From a virus (taxonomy: Duplodnaviria > Caudoviricetes): a stretch of 64,000 nt of DNA. This document shows positions 43,021 through 51,433 of the stretch, piece after piece. The notes under the pieces were generated by a model. It worked only from the letters and a program-made list of their open reading frames with translations. It did not search any database and was not told the origin of the DNA. The DNA is taken from the IMG/VR virus record IMGVR_UViG_3300037418_003152, positions 5,271-69,270 of that record, one strand, 5' to 3'. A program made the position numbers and the translations under genes. Positions within the stretch are counted from its first letter, which is position 1. Each line of letters begins with the position of its first letter.

Positions 43021-43682
43021 CAGATACCGGCCAGGTCGAGCACCGTCCGCACGCGCGCGGCGTCGTCGTTGCCCTCGATGAGGTTCCACCGCTGGTGGAT
43101 CTCCGGGGGCACCTGGGCGCGGATCACCGGCCACGCGGCCCGGTCGGTCGCGTTGAGCACGTCGTCGTCGGAGCCGTCGCCCAGCTCGGGGCCGCGCAGC
43201 AACGCCTCCATCGCGGCCAGCTCGGACTGGTCGTAGCCGGTCAGCTCCAGCAGCTGCCCCTCGGCGAGCTCGGCCAGCATCTCGGTCAGCTCGTAGGTGT
43301 CCCAGCCGCCGCGCTCGGTGAGCCGGTTCGACGCGATCAGGTAGGCCGCGGCCTCATCGTCCGAGCGCGAGGCCCAGCCGCGGATCACCGGCATCAGCCA
43401 GGTCCCGTCCGCGGCGACCCGCACCCCGGCCGGCGGGGCCTGGCCGTCGGCGCGCATCTGGCGCAGCTGCTCGAGCCGGCCGTGCCCGGCGATCAGCTTG
43501 CCGGTGCGGTCATCCATCAGCGGCAGCTCGGCCAGCCCGAACCGGCCGATCGAGCGGTTGATCCCGGCCTCGTCGTGCGCCTTGGGGTTGCGGTCGGCCT
43601 CGTTCACGTCGTCGAGCGCGATGTGGTCGACGTAGTGCCCGGTCTCGGCGGGCTTCTCCTTGCTGGTGCCGGCGGCGGCCAT
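43020..43682 (-). CDS. ParB/Srx N-terminal domain protein (DNA-modification-cluster type)
   Basis: RNPKAHD...SIGRFG...LIAGHGRL...AYLIASNRL ParB-like pattern; ATG 43682 with GGAG. Confidence 0.78.
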   Translation of the reverse strand: MAAAGTSKEKPAETGHYVDHIALDDVNEADRNPKAHDEAGINRSIGRFGLAELPLMDDRTGKLIAGHGRLEQLRQMRADGQAPPAGVRVAADGTWLMPVIRGWASRSDDEAAAYLIASNRLTERGGWDTYELTEMLAELAEGQLLELTGYDQSELAAMEALLRGPELGDGSDDDVLNATDRAAWPVIRAQVPPEIHQRWNLIEGNDDAARVRTVLDLAGI

Positions 43683-43731
43683 GTTCATCTCCAGGGGTGG
43701 CGGTGTGTGGGAGGCGCACCGACCCCGGACA

Positions 43732-43786
43732 TGGCACAGCCCGACCGGGGGTAAGGGGGGGACCCAACGGTCGGGCTGCCGTGCCA
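43732..43786. other. Long intergenic hairpin upstream of the ParB/dpdA/que operon
   Basis: CAGCCCGACCG...CGGTCGGGCTG (11 bp) extended by TGGCAC/GTGCCA. Confidence 0.55.
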
Positions 43787-43827
43787 CTACGAGCGATGCG
43801 CAGCATAAGAACGGCGACCGGCGAGAG

Positions 43828-44916
43828 TCAAGTAGGCCGGACGTCGCGTCCAAGCAGACCGGACGTGGCGGCGCGGCGGCGCGCGGCCGCGGACACCGCG
43901 ACGACGGCCACCTGCAGCTCCGGGGGCAGCGCCTCGATCGGCGGACGCACCCGCGAGTCCACCGCCGCCGAGGAGCGGCGGGCCTGCAGCTCGGCGATCG
44001 TGGACACGATGTCCCCGACCCGGTAGCGCCAGCGCCGGTGCGGGTCACCCGCGGAGGGCCTGTGACGGGCCAGCCCGTGGTTGCGGTGCAGCGACCGGAT
44101 GATCTCCGGGGTGATGGTCACCCCGACCAGCCCGGGCAGCGCCCGCGACGCGAGCTCGGCGGTGACCAGCAGCCCCTGGGACTGCTCGAGCAGCCAGGCG
44201 CGGCGCTCGGTGACGTTGTAGACCGCCTCGCAGGCCCGGCAGGTCACGAACGCCGAGTCCGGGTGGGCGTAGAGGTCGACCTGGGGCTCCAGCGGGGTCG
44301 AGCACCCGCACGCACCCAGGTAGATCCGGGCCGGCGCCCGGTCGATCGCGTGCTCGCAGCGGGCCACCGCGTCGACGACCTCGTCGACCAGCTCGCCGCC
44401 GGCCTCGTCCGCGCGCACCGTCTCCAGGTGCCGGTCCAGCCAGCGGGCGAGCTCCGCGGTGTCCCCGGACGGGAGCCGGGCCGCGTCGCGGCGGTTGCTC
44501 GGGTTGGTGGCCGTTTCCGGGGGTGGGTAGGTGTAGGCCCCGGGCACCGGGGCCCGTAGCGGCCCGTAGGGCGCGCCCTGGGGCCGCTTACGCGGCAACA
44601 CGTCCTCCCAGGCCAGCCCCCGGGATTCCAGCAGGTGCGCGGTCCAGGTGGTGAGCACCGCGTGCAGGTCGCGGCCGGCCTCGGTGGCCTCGGGGCGGTA
44701 GAGCAGCGGCGGTTCGTCGCTGCGCCCGCCGGGCTGGGGGTCGGCGACGTCCTGGCGGGTCATGTTGACCAGCAGCTCGGCCATGATCTCGGGGATCGAG
44801 CGCAGCGCCGTGCGCAGCTCGGCCGTGCAGTTGGTGCACACGAACGCGTCGGCCACCGGGTACGGGCCGCGGCACGACGGCGTGCGGCACAGCGGCGTGG
44901 TCGCGGCGCGGGTCAT
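43828..44916 (-). CDS. Zn-ribbon/HTH protein (possible late transcription regulator)
   Basis: ATG 44916; C..C, CTNC, CGC, CRAC and C-terminal WRYRVGDI; usual position before late genes in actinophages. Confidence 0.55.
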   Translation of the reverse strand: MTRAATTPLCRTPSCRGPYPVADAFVCTNCTAELRTALRSIPEIMAELLVNMTRQDVADPQPGGRSDEPPLLYRPEATEAGRDLHAVLTTWTAHLLESRGLAWEDVLPRKRPQGAPYGPLRAPVPGAYTYPPPETATNPSNRRDAARLPSGDTAELARWLDRHLETVRADEAGGELVDEVVDAVARCEHAIDRAPARIYLGACGCSTPLEPQVDLYAHPDSAFVTCRACEAVYNVTERRAWLLEQSQGLLVTAELASRALPGLVGVTITPEIIRSLHRNHGLARHRPSAGDPHRRWRYRVGDIVSTIAELQARRSSAAVDSRVRPPIEALPPELQVAVVAVSAAARRRAATSGLLGRDVRPT

Positions 44917-45287
44917 CGCGGTGCCCGCATAGCGCACTGGCCGCGCCACCCCATGGTCGGTGGGGCGGCGCGGCCAGTGGGCGGCCCTACCGTTGCGGCT
45001 CCCCCATTCGCAGCGGCGGGCGGGCCCCCCGACGTGCGCGCCGTGGTGGCAGACACGGGCGCGGCCGGGGGTGTGATCGGCGGTGGCAGACGCCGGGCGT
45101 TCAAGATCGCGGTCACCTCACGTTCTGGGCCGGGGGAGCTTGAGGCGGAGCGCTGTGCAGGTGTAGTGCGGGAGGGAACTACGGGACCACCCCTCGTTAC
45201 AGCCGTCTTGGACGCCTGTTCCGGTGGGGTTGGACGAACCGTAGACGAACCTGACGATCTTCACGAGACCAGGTGTCACTAATACGA

Positions 45288-45328
45288 GTGAGCCGCATCG
45301 AGACCTGTTCGGTCTCGATGCGGCTCAC
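45288..45328. terminator. Perfect 18-bp inverted repeat downstream of whiB
   Basis: GTGAGCCGCATCGAGACC-TGTTC-GGTCTCGATGCGGCTCAC. Confidence 0.7.
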
Positions 45329-45360
45329 CGCACACCCCCCCGGGTGGTCTTAGGTACGCC

Positions 45361-45612
45361 TCACGCGGTGACCCGCGTGCGCGCGTTGCGCTGGGCCAGG
45401 GCCCGGCGCTCGTCCTCGTCCAGGCCGCCCCACACGCCGACGCCCTGGCCGGTGGCCAGCGCCCAGGCGAGGCAGTCGCCCACGACGGGGCAGCGGTCGC
45501 AGACGGCCTTGGCCTGCGCGATCTGGTCTCGCGAGGACTCGCCGCTTCCCAGGGGGAAGAACAGCTCGGGGTCCTCACCGACGCATGCGGCCTGGTGGCG
45601 CCAATCCTTCAT
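45361..45612 (-). CDS. whiB: WhiB-family transcription factor
   Basis: Four Cys (C-x-DPELFFP...CDRCPV..C) and GVWGG turn. Confidence 0.95.
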   Translation of the reverse strand: MKDWRHQAACVGEDPELFFPLGSGESSRDQIAQAKAVCDRCPVVGDCLAWALATGQGVGVWGGLDEDERRALAQRNARTRVTA

Positions 45613-45652
45613 GTTGTCCCTCCCTCCGGTAGTGGCTCCTTGCTGTGGTTTA

Positions 45653-45680
45653 AAGGTACCACAGCAGGTGGCCCCGTCAA
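45653..45680 (-). promoter_or_regulatory. SigA-like promoter of whiB: TTGACG-N16-TACCTT
   Basis: Hexamers read directly; the -35 sits in a 14-bp-stem inverted repeat GCCCCGTCAAGCGG-TTTT-CCGCTTGACGGGGC. Confidence 0.65.
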
Positions 45681-45799
45681 GCGGTTTTCCGCTTGACGGG
45701 GCACCAGGGATGGGCCGACCAGCCCGAACTACCCCGCCCGCACCGGGCAGCGGGCCAGCACCCGGGCCATCGCGTCGTGCTCGGCCGCGGCCAGTTCGG

Positions 45800-46333
45800 T
45801 CATGACGGGTTCTCCTCGGCCGGGGCGAGGCGCTGCTCGATCGACCGCAGCGCGTCGTCGAGGCGGCGCATCGAGTCCGGTTGGAGCGGGCTCACGACGG
45901 ACAGCTGCGCGGCGCCGATCGCCGGGGCGACCTTCTCGACGAGGGAGCGGCCGGCACCGGTCAGCGCGACCAGGACGAGACGGCCATCGACGTCGTGTCC
46001 GCACCGGGAAAGCAGCCCGCGGCGCTCCAGGGTGGTCAGCACCCCGGAGAGGGTGCTGCGGTTCACGCCGACCTCGGCGGCTATGTAGCGGGTCTGCAGC
46101 TCGCCGTAGAGCCACAGCACGCACAGCACCATGAACCCCGACCAGGTCAGGTCGCTGTCCTTGAGCACGCCCTGTTCGAGGTGGCGGCGCAAGCGCATCG
46201 CGACCCGCTGGATCGACGCAACCGTGGTCATGGCCGCGACGACGTCCGCGTCGGCGCTGCGCTCGAGCAGGATGTCGGCGAGGGTGCGGCTAGCGGGCGG
46301 CTCGCCGGCGAGGCCGGCCGGGGCGGCGGTCAT
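45800..46333 (-). CDS. MarR-family transcriptional regulator
   Basis: LTWSGFMVL..L...IAAEVGVNRSTLSGVLTTLERRGLLSR...DGRLVLVALTGAG. Confidence 0.9.
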   Translation of the reverse strand: MTAAPAGLAGEPPASRTLADILLERSADADVVAAMTTVASIQRVAMRLRRHLEQGVLKDSDLTWSGFMVLCVLWLYGELQTRYIAAEVGVNRSTLSGVLTTLERRGLLSRCGHDVDGRLVLVALTGAGRSLVEKVAPAIGAAQLSVVSPLQPDSMRRLDDALRSIEQRLAPAEENPS

Positions 46334-46566
46334 CGGTCCTCGCCCTCGAACACGGTGCCGTCGTTGAGGTGCATCCGCACCTCGACGGTGGTCATGGAGT
46401 CCTCGGTGTCGACGGTGACGACGAGCTCGCCCTCGGACCAGTAGCCGAACACGAGCACGTACCCGGTCCGGTCGGGGGTGGGCAGGCGCAGCGCGGGCCG
46501 TTCGTCGTCGCTGCTCGCCGGGAGCAGTTCGGCGTCCTGATTGGCGCGGGTCTCAGCTTCGATCAT
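46330..46566 (-). CDS. Hypothetical protein
   Basis: RBS AAGGA; coupled to the MarR gene. Confidence 0.55.
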   Translation of the reverse strand: MIEAETRANQDAELLPASSDDERPALRLPTPDRTGYVLVFGYWSEGELVVTVDTEDSMTTVEVRMHLNDGTVFEGEDR

Positions 46567-46629
46567 GGCGGTTCCTTTTGTTGGGAGGGACGGAGCGCGG
46601 GGTGGCAGCCCGCGGGCAAGGGTTGGCGG

Positions 46630-46782
46630 TCAGCTCATCCGGCAGAGCACCGCGGTGGAGGCGGGCATGGTGGCCCAGGCCAGCACGCCGGCCCCGGCGA
46701 GCAGGACGGCGCAGAAGATCAGCCACAGCGCGACGGGATGGGCGTCGGCCCACGCGGCCAGCCGCCGCCACCGGCGGATCAC
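46630..46782 (-). CDS. Small membrane protein (50 aa)
   Basis: Manual ORF MIRRWRRLAAWADAHPVALWLIFCAVLLAGAGVLAW...; GTGA overlap. Confidence 0.55.
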   Translation of the reverse strand: MIRRWRRLAAWADAHPVALWLIFCAVLLAGAGVLAWATMPASTAVLCRMS

Positions 46783-47282
46783 AGGTAGCTCCCCTCGGGG
46801 TCGCTACCCGGCCAGCCACCCGGGCGGCCCGGATGGCACTGCTCGGCCAGCAGCTGCAGCCAGCCCGGCCAGACGTCGGTGACGTCGTCCCCGTCGCCGG
46901 GGTCGTGGGCGAAGTAGGCGTCCTCCCGGCTGCCGTCGCTGGTCGACCCGTACACCTGCGCGTCGGCCATCCAGGCCCTGCCGTGGAGCTGGTAGCTCAG
47001 GATCGCGGCGTCGGGAACGAAGTCGGCCTGCTGGCCGGCGAGCCGGGCCGCGCCGGTGACCTCCAGCGTGACCCGCACGAGCCGTTCCTCGTCGCGGGAG
47101 ACCAGCGTGGCGCGCTCCCCGTCGGGGCACTCCCCCAGCGCCGGCACCGGGCGGGACGACGGGACCAGCGCCAGCGCGGCCGTAGCGGGCGCTGTGGGGG
47201 CCGTAGCGGCCCGCGCGCGGCCCCGGCGTGGCAACCACCCGGGGTGCCCACCCAGCAACCGCTCCGCGAGGGTGCCCATCAC
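46779..47282 (-). CDS. Hypothetical protein
   Basis: GTG 47282 / ATG 47279; coupled. Confidence 0.5.
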   Translation of the reverse strand: MMGTLAERLLGGHPGWLPRRGRARAATAPTAPATAALALVPSSRPVPALGECPDGERATLVSRDEERLVRVTLEVTGAARLAGQQADFVPDAAILSYQLHGRAWMADAQVYGSTSDGSREDAYFAHDPGDGDDVTDVWPGWLQLLAEQCHPGRPGGWPGSDPEGSYL

Positions 47283-47545
47283 GCCCCACCCCGCTGACCG
47301 TGCGGGATCGGGCTGCGGAAGTCGGCCAGGATCGGCACCGCGGTGACCAGCCCGTCCACCGCGCGGGCGCACATCTCGACCTGCTCCTGGCGGGAGCGCT
47401 CGTCGGCGTCGCTGGCGCCAGGCTCGGGCGGATAGCTGGCGAAGATCGCGCCGCCCGGGGTGAGCACCAGCAGCACGCACTGGCTGGAATGCCACGGCAT
47501 CGTCGGCCGCGGCGGCGGTAACAGCTCGGGGCCAGGTTCGGGCAT
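47279..47545 (-). CDS. Hypothetical protein
   Basis: RBS GAAGGAG, ATG 47545. Confidence 0.55.
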   Translation of the reverse strand: MPEPGPELLPPPRPTMPWHSSQCVLLVLTPGGAIFASYPPEPGASDADERSRQEQVEMCARAVDGLVTAVPILADFRSPIPHGQRGGA

Positions 47546-47589
47546 GGGTGTCTCCTTCGGATGTGGGAGGAACGGCAGGTTGTGGCAGG

Positions 47590-48009
47590 TCAGGCGGCGC
47601 GGCGGCGGCGCCGGGCCGGCGTGGCAGGCCGATCCCGGTGCCGGTCCAGCCGCTCCACATTCGGCGCGGTGAGCTCGGCGGCGCCACGGCGGGCCGCCAT
47701 CCACGCCTCCAGCTCGGCGTCGGCGTCCTCGTCGACGGCCGGGGCCCGGGTCGCCGGCGGCGGCTCGAACACGGGCGGCGCGACCGGCGCGGCCACCGAC
47801 CGCGACCAGCGCACCGGGCCGCTGCGGCGGTAGCGGGCGGCCAGCAGCACCGCGGCGAGCGCCAGCGCGGTCGCGGTGTAGATGCCGGTGACGATCGGCG
47901 GGTTGGCCCGCCACGCCCACGCGAGCACGGCGCCGGCGGCCCGCTCGGGCCACCAGGTGGTCACCCAGGACAGCCCGAACAGCCCGAGCAGCCCGAGCAG
48001 CCCGGTCAC
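47590..48009 (-). CDS. Membrane protein
   Basis: Two hydrophobic segments; GTGA overlap. Confidence 0.5.
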   Translation of the reverse strand: MTGLLGLLGLFGLSWVTTWWPERAAGAVLAWAWRANPPIVTGIYTATALALAAVLLAARYRRSGPVRWSRSVAAPVAPPVFEPPPATRAPAVDEDADAELEAWMAARRGAAELTAPNVERLDRHRDRPATPARRRRRAA

Positions 48010-48287
48010 GACGCCACCTCGGCGGCCACCGCGGCGACGAACACGTCCTCGAGCCCGGCGCGCAGGATCTCACCGATCCGCGCGCGCGCCAGCCGCTCGT
48101 TCCAGCCGGCGGGCACGATCACGTCGAGGGTGACCGAGCAGCGCTGCCCCACCGCGGGCTCGTAGTCGAGTTCGGACTGGCGGCACCGGTAGCGGATCCG
48201 GTCGCGGTAGTAGTAGTGCGCGGACACCATGCCCACCTCGGAGACCGACACCGAGTTACCGCAGGTCGGACACGCCATGCGGTTCAT
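48006..48287 (-). CDS. Zn-ribbon hypothetical protein
   Basis: CPTCG...H...C. Confidence 0.55.
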   Translation of the reverse strand: MNRMACPTCGNSVSVSEVGMVSAHYYYRDRIRYRCRQSELDYEPAVGQRCSVTLDVIVPAGWNERLARARIGEILRAGLEDVFVAAVAAEVAS

Positions 48288-48973
48288 CCCACGGGCTCCT
48301 TGGCCTCGGCGACGGTCCAGGTGCGCGACCCGTTGTGGTTGTCCTGCACGAAGACCTCGCGGGCGGCGGTGCGCATCTGCGCGTCGGTCACCGTGATCGA
48401 ACCCCCGGCGGCCGCGACCAGCGCACCCGCCACCCGCGCCGCCTCGTAGCTATCGCTGCTGCGAAACGACTTCCCCCACCTCTCCCGCAGCAGCTTCTGG
48501 TCGGCCTCGTGGTAGTGGCGCAAGCCCTCGATCTTCCTGAGGGCCGTGTCGGCCCAGCCCTCGACGGTCTGGTCCACCCCCAGCGCAGCGGCCACAGCGC
48601 GGGCGAACTCGGAGCCGCTGCGATCGGCCACCCACTCGTTGACCGCGCGCACGATCAGCTCGATCGCGTCTCTGTCATGCCGGTCGACGTCCAGGACGCG
48701 CGTGCCGTCCGCCGCGGTGATCTGGCAGTCGTCCAGCTCGTACCTCCACGGCGTCGGCCAGGCCGCGACGTCGGGATAGACGTCGAACACCTCGCCCTTG
48801 CCCAGCAGGCCCATCCAGTCCAGCGGGTCATCCGCCGTGCCGGCCGGCCGCCACCCGAGGAGGCGTTCATCGGCGTCGTACACCGCGGTCCACTCCACCG
48901 GGGCGCCGGTCGCGGCGTCGCGGGTCCACAGCACATCAGCCGTGGGCTGGTCGGGGATCGTGTAGGTGGGCAT
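48284..48973 (-). CDS. Hypothetical protein
   Basis: RBS AAAGGA, ATG 48973. Confidence 0.55.
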   Translation of the reverse strand: MPTYTIPDQPTADVLWTRDAATGAPVEWTAVYDADERLLGWRPAGTADDPLDWMGLLGKGEVFDVYPDVAAWPTPWRYELDDCQITAADGTRVLDVDRHDRDAIELIVRAVNEWVADRSGSEFARAVAAALGVDQTVEGWADTALRKIEGLRHYHEADQKLLRERWGKSFRSSDSYEAARVAGALVAAAGGSITVTDAQMRTAAREVFVQDNHNGSRTWTVAEAKEPVG

Positions 48974-48984
48974 GCGGGTTCCTT

Positions 48985-49473
48985 TCACAGGTACTGGGGC
49001 AGAGCCCAGAGGGTCTGCATCGGGCGGACGTACTCGGGCGGCGCGTAGTGGTCCTCGTAGTCGTGGCAGTCGCAGTCCGGATCGACGCACTCGGCGAAGA
49101 AGTCGACCTGGCAGGACTCGCACACCAGCCACTCGTCGTCGCCGAGGTCCGGGTCCACCGGCACCACAGCCGTCGAGCCACACGCCGGGCAGCGCTGGCC
49201 GCCAGCGGCGTCCTCAGCGCCCAGCAGGAGCTGCGGGGCAGGCAGCTGGTAGTGGCTGTTGCCCAGCGCGGCGAAGGCCTCTACCGCCTCCGCCTCCGTG
49301 CGGAACACGGCGGCCCGGCTGGGGTCGCCTGACCAGTTCGCGGCGGCCGGGTAGCGCGGGTCCTGACCCGTCCACCACAGCGTGTGCCAGCCGCCACCGT
49401 GCTTCGGGCTGAGCGCTTGGTGTGTCAGGGCGATGCCATCGGGGCGGTGCTGCAGCTCGACGACCTCAGCCAT
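48985..49473 (-). CDS. Hypothetical protein with a C-terminal Zn ribbon
   Basis: ATG 49473; CPAC...CESC...C.C. Confidence 0.55.
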   Translation of the reverse strand: MAEVVELQHRPDGIALTHQALSPKHGGGWHTLWWTGQDPRYPAAANWSGDPSRAAVFRTEAEAVEAFAALGNSHYQLPAPQLLLGAEDAAGGQRCPACGSTAVVPVDPDLGDDEWLVCESCQVDFFAECVDPDCDCHDYEDHYAPPEYVRPMQTLWALPQYL

Positions 49474-49762
49474 GGTCGCCGTCCTCGGTCGGGGCCGGCT
49501 CGGCCGCACGGATCCCCGCAGCGGTGATCCGGTACCAGCGCCGCGGGTTCAGGCGCACGGCGGCGTCTTCCCACCCGTCCTCGACCTCGCCGGCCTGTAG
49601 AAGCCGGGTGAGCGCCGGGTACAGCCGGGCAGGACGCATGCCGATCTCGATGCCGAGGTCGTAGCCAAAGGCCTGGCCGCCGTGCTGAAGCTGGCGCAGG
49701 ATGGCCTGCTCGTCAGCGCGGCGCCGAGCGTGCCGACGGCGGCGCAGGGCGTTGATCACCAT
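49466..49762 (-). CDS. PadR-like winged-helix regulator
   Basis: GYDL.....RLYPALTRL...GEVEDGW...RRWYRIT. Confidence 0.75.
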   Translation of the reverse strand: MVINALRRRRHARRRADEQAILRQLQHGGQAFGYDLGIEIGMRPARLYPALTRLLQAGEVEDGWEDAAVRLNPRRWYRITAAGIRAAEPAPTEDGDHG

Positions 49763-49816
49763 TCCTCCTCGGTCGGGGCGGGCTGGGACGGGCCAGACCC
49801 GGCGATGCGGGGCAGC

Positions 49817-50065
49817 TCAGCCATGCCGCCACCGCCGGGCCAGCGGGCCGGGCCCGCGCACGTCCTCGCCGAGCAGCGCGCGGCGCACCTCGTCGGTGGT
49901 GACCAGCCCGCGGCCCGCGCCCAGCTCGGCCGCGTCGGTGGGGGCGGCCTGCGCGTCGCGGTCGGCCAGCAGCTCCAGCAGCCGGGGGATGTCGGGGAAG
50001 GCGCCCTGCGCGTCGAGCCGGGCGGCCACGGTGGCCACGTCCAGCGGCTCACGGTGCCTAGTCAC
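49817..50065 (-). CDS. Hypothetical protein
   Basis: GTG 50065 after RBS GAGGAGG. Confidence 0.5.
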   Translation of the reverse strand: MTRHREPLDVATVAARLDAQGAFPDIPRLLELLADRDAQAAPTDAAELGAGRGLVTTDEVRRALLGEDVRGPGPLARRWRHG

Positions 50066-50582
50066 GGTCGGCCTCCTCGGGGTCGGCCGACAGCGCCGCA
50101 CGGAGCCGGGGCACGACGTCCTCCGTGAGCAGCCGCGCCTCGTTGAACGCCTCCACGGTCTCCTCAGCCGTCAGTACCGACCAGTTCCGATCGGCACGCA
50201 CCGCGTCCGTGGCCTGGCGCTCCAGGTCGTCGGCCAGCTCTCGGACGGCGGCCACCTGGGCGCGCGCCTGCTCCAGCTCGGCGCGATCGGCCTGCCACGC
50301 GGCCACGATCGGGTTGTGCTCGGCTGCGACCTCCATCCAGCCGGTTAGGTCGTCAGGGCGCTCGGGGACTCCGTCCGTGCCCATGACGCACCAACCTGCG
50401 CAGCAGCACCGGCACGTTTCGCAGGCGCCGCCGTTGCACGCCTCGTTGCAGCATCGCTCCGGGGCCCAGCGGGTCAGGACGGTCTCGATCTCGTCGGCGG
50501 GGAAGTGGTTGCAGTCGCAGCCCTCCTCGACGAACCGGCGCACGCGCTCGACGGCGGCCTCGTCCGGGGTCATCTCGGTCAC
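50058..50582 (-). CDS. Hypothetical Cys-rich protein
   Basis: CDC, CCNEACNGGACETCRCCCAGWC cluster. Confidence 0.55.
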   Translation of the reverse strand: MTEMTPDEAAVERVRRFVEEGCDCNHFPADEIETVLTRWAPERCCNEACNGGACETCRCCCAGWCVMGTDGVPERPDDLTGWMEVAAEHNPIVAAWQADRAELEQARAQVAAVRELADDLERQATDAVRADRNWSVLTAEETVEAFNEARLLTEDVVPRLRAALSADPEEADRD

Positions 50583-50800
50583 GACGTCTCTCCCGTCAGG
50601 ATGTAGCGGGCGGCGGCGTGCACGGCGTCTCCGCGCACGGTGAGATCGACGCGGTCACGTACCTCGCGGGCCCGCTGCTCGATCGCATAAAGCCGCGCCA
50701 GCTCGACCGACAGCGTGAGCACGGCGTCCTGGTTCTCCTTGGTGGTCACCGCACGCCGAAGCCGGGTCAGGGCTTCCTCCGGGCTCGTCGGCTCAGCCAC
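50579..50800 (-). CDS. Hypothetical protein
   Basis: GTG 50800. Confidence 0.45.
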   Translation of the reverse strand: MAEPTSPEEALTRLRRAVTTKENQDAVLTLSVELARLYAIEQRAREVRDRVDLTVRGDAVHAAARYILTGETS

Positions 50801-51203
50801 GGGTGTCCGCCCCGTCGGCACGACGAGCCGCGGCGTCGACGGCCTGGCGCAGCTCGACGGCGGCGCGCCTCGCCTCCACGACGGCCCGTGCCTCCGCTGG
50901 CAGCTGGGCACGCCACTGCTCCGGGGACAAGCCCGACAGCAGCGCCACCGCGCGATGGTCGGGGCAGAACCACTCATCACCGGGCAGGGTCTGCTGCTGC
51001 CCGCGGCGCACCCACTGGGTCGCGATGTCGGCCCGGAAGCACCACGAGCACGGCTTGTGGGCGATCTCGTACGCACGCTGGCGCATCGCCTGGGCCTCGG
51101 CCGCATCCAACTCGGCCAGGAACTGCGCGACGAACGCCCGGCGGGCGTCCAGCTCGGCGAGCTCCGCCTCGGCGGCCGCGCGGGTGTACAGCTCGGTGCT
51201 CAC
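50793..51203 (-). CDS. Hypothetical protein (CSWC...CPDH)
   Basis: GTG 51203 in GTGA overlap. Confidence 0.5.
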   Translation of the reverse strand: MSTELYTRAAAEAELAELDARRAFVAQFLAELDAAEAQAMRQRAYEIAHKPCSWCFRADIATQWVRRGQQQTLPGDEWFCPDHRAVALLSGLSPEQWRAQLPAEARAVVEARRAAVELRQAVDAAARRADGADTRG

Positions 51204-51433
51204 CGGCATCCCTCCGTGTGGACGTAGGCGCCCGGCACATCGGCGACGCGGGCGATCCGCTGGCCGGGCTCGATGTGCCCAGCGCAGCCCGCGCACTGGC
51301 CCTCGTACTGCGCCTCGAACGGCTGGCCCACCGTCTCGATCTCGTCCGGCAGGCCACCGACCTCGCCGCCGCGGTGGTCCGGGCAGGCGCACTGGTCGAC
51401 GAGCAGATCGGTCCTCTCGCAGCGCTCAGCCAC
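51200..51433 (-). CDS. Small Cys/His-rich protein
   Basis: CERTDLLVDQCACPDH; CAGC...I..GQRI...YVH..C. Confidence 0.6.
   Translation of the reverse strand: MAERCERTDLLVDQCACPDHRGGEVGGLPDEIETVGQPFEAQYEGQCAGCAGHIEPGQRIARVADVPGAYVHTEGCR

Noticed and set aside
43020-43682. ParB-like protein as a plasmid partition system
   Set aside because: No ParA in the window and no HTH after the ParB/Srx domain; its position beside dpdA matches modification-cluster ParB-like proteins.
43689-43827. preQ1/preQ0 riboswitch upstream of the que operon
   Set aside because: Lacks the short stem plus A-rich 3' tail of class I preQ1 riboswitches; only a generic hairpin is supported.
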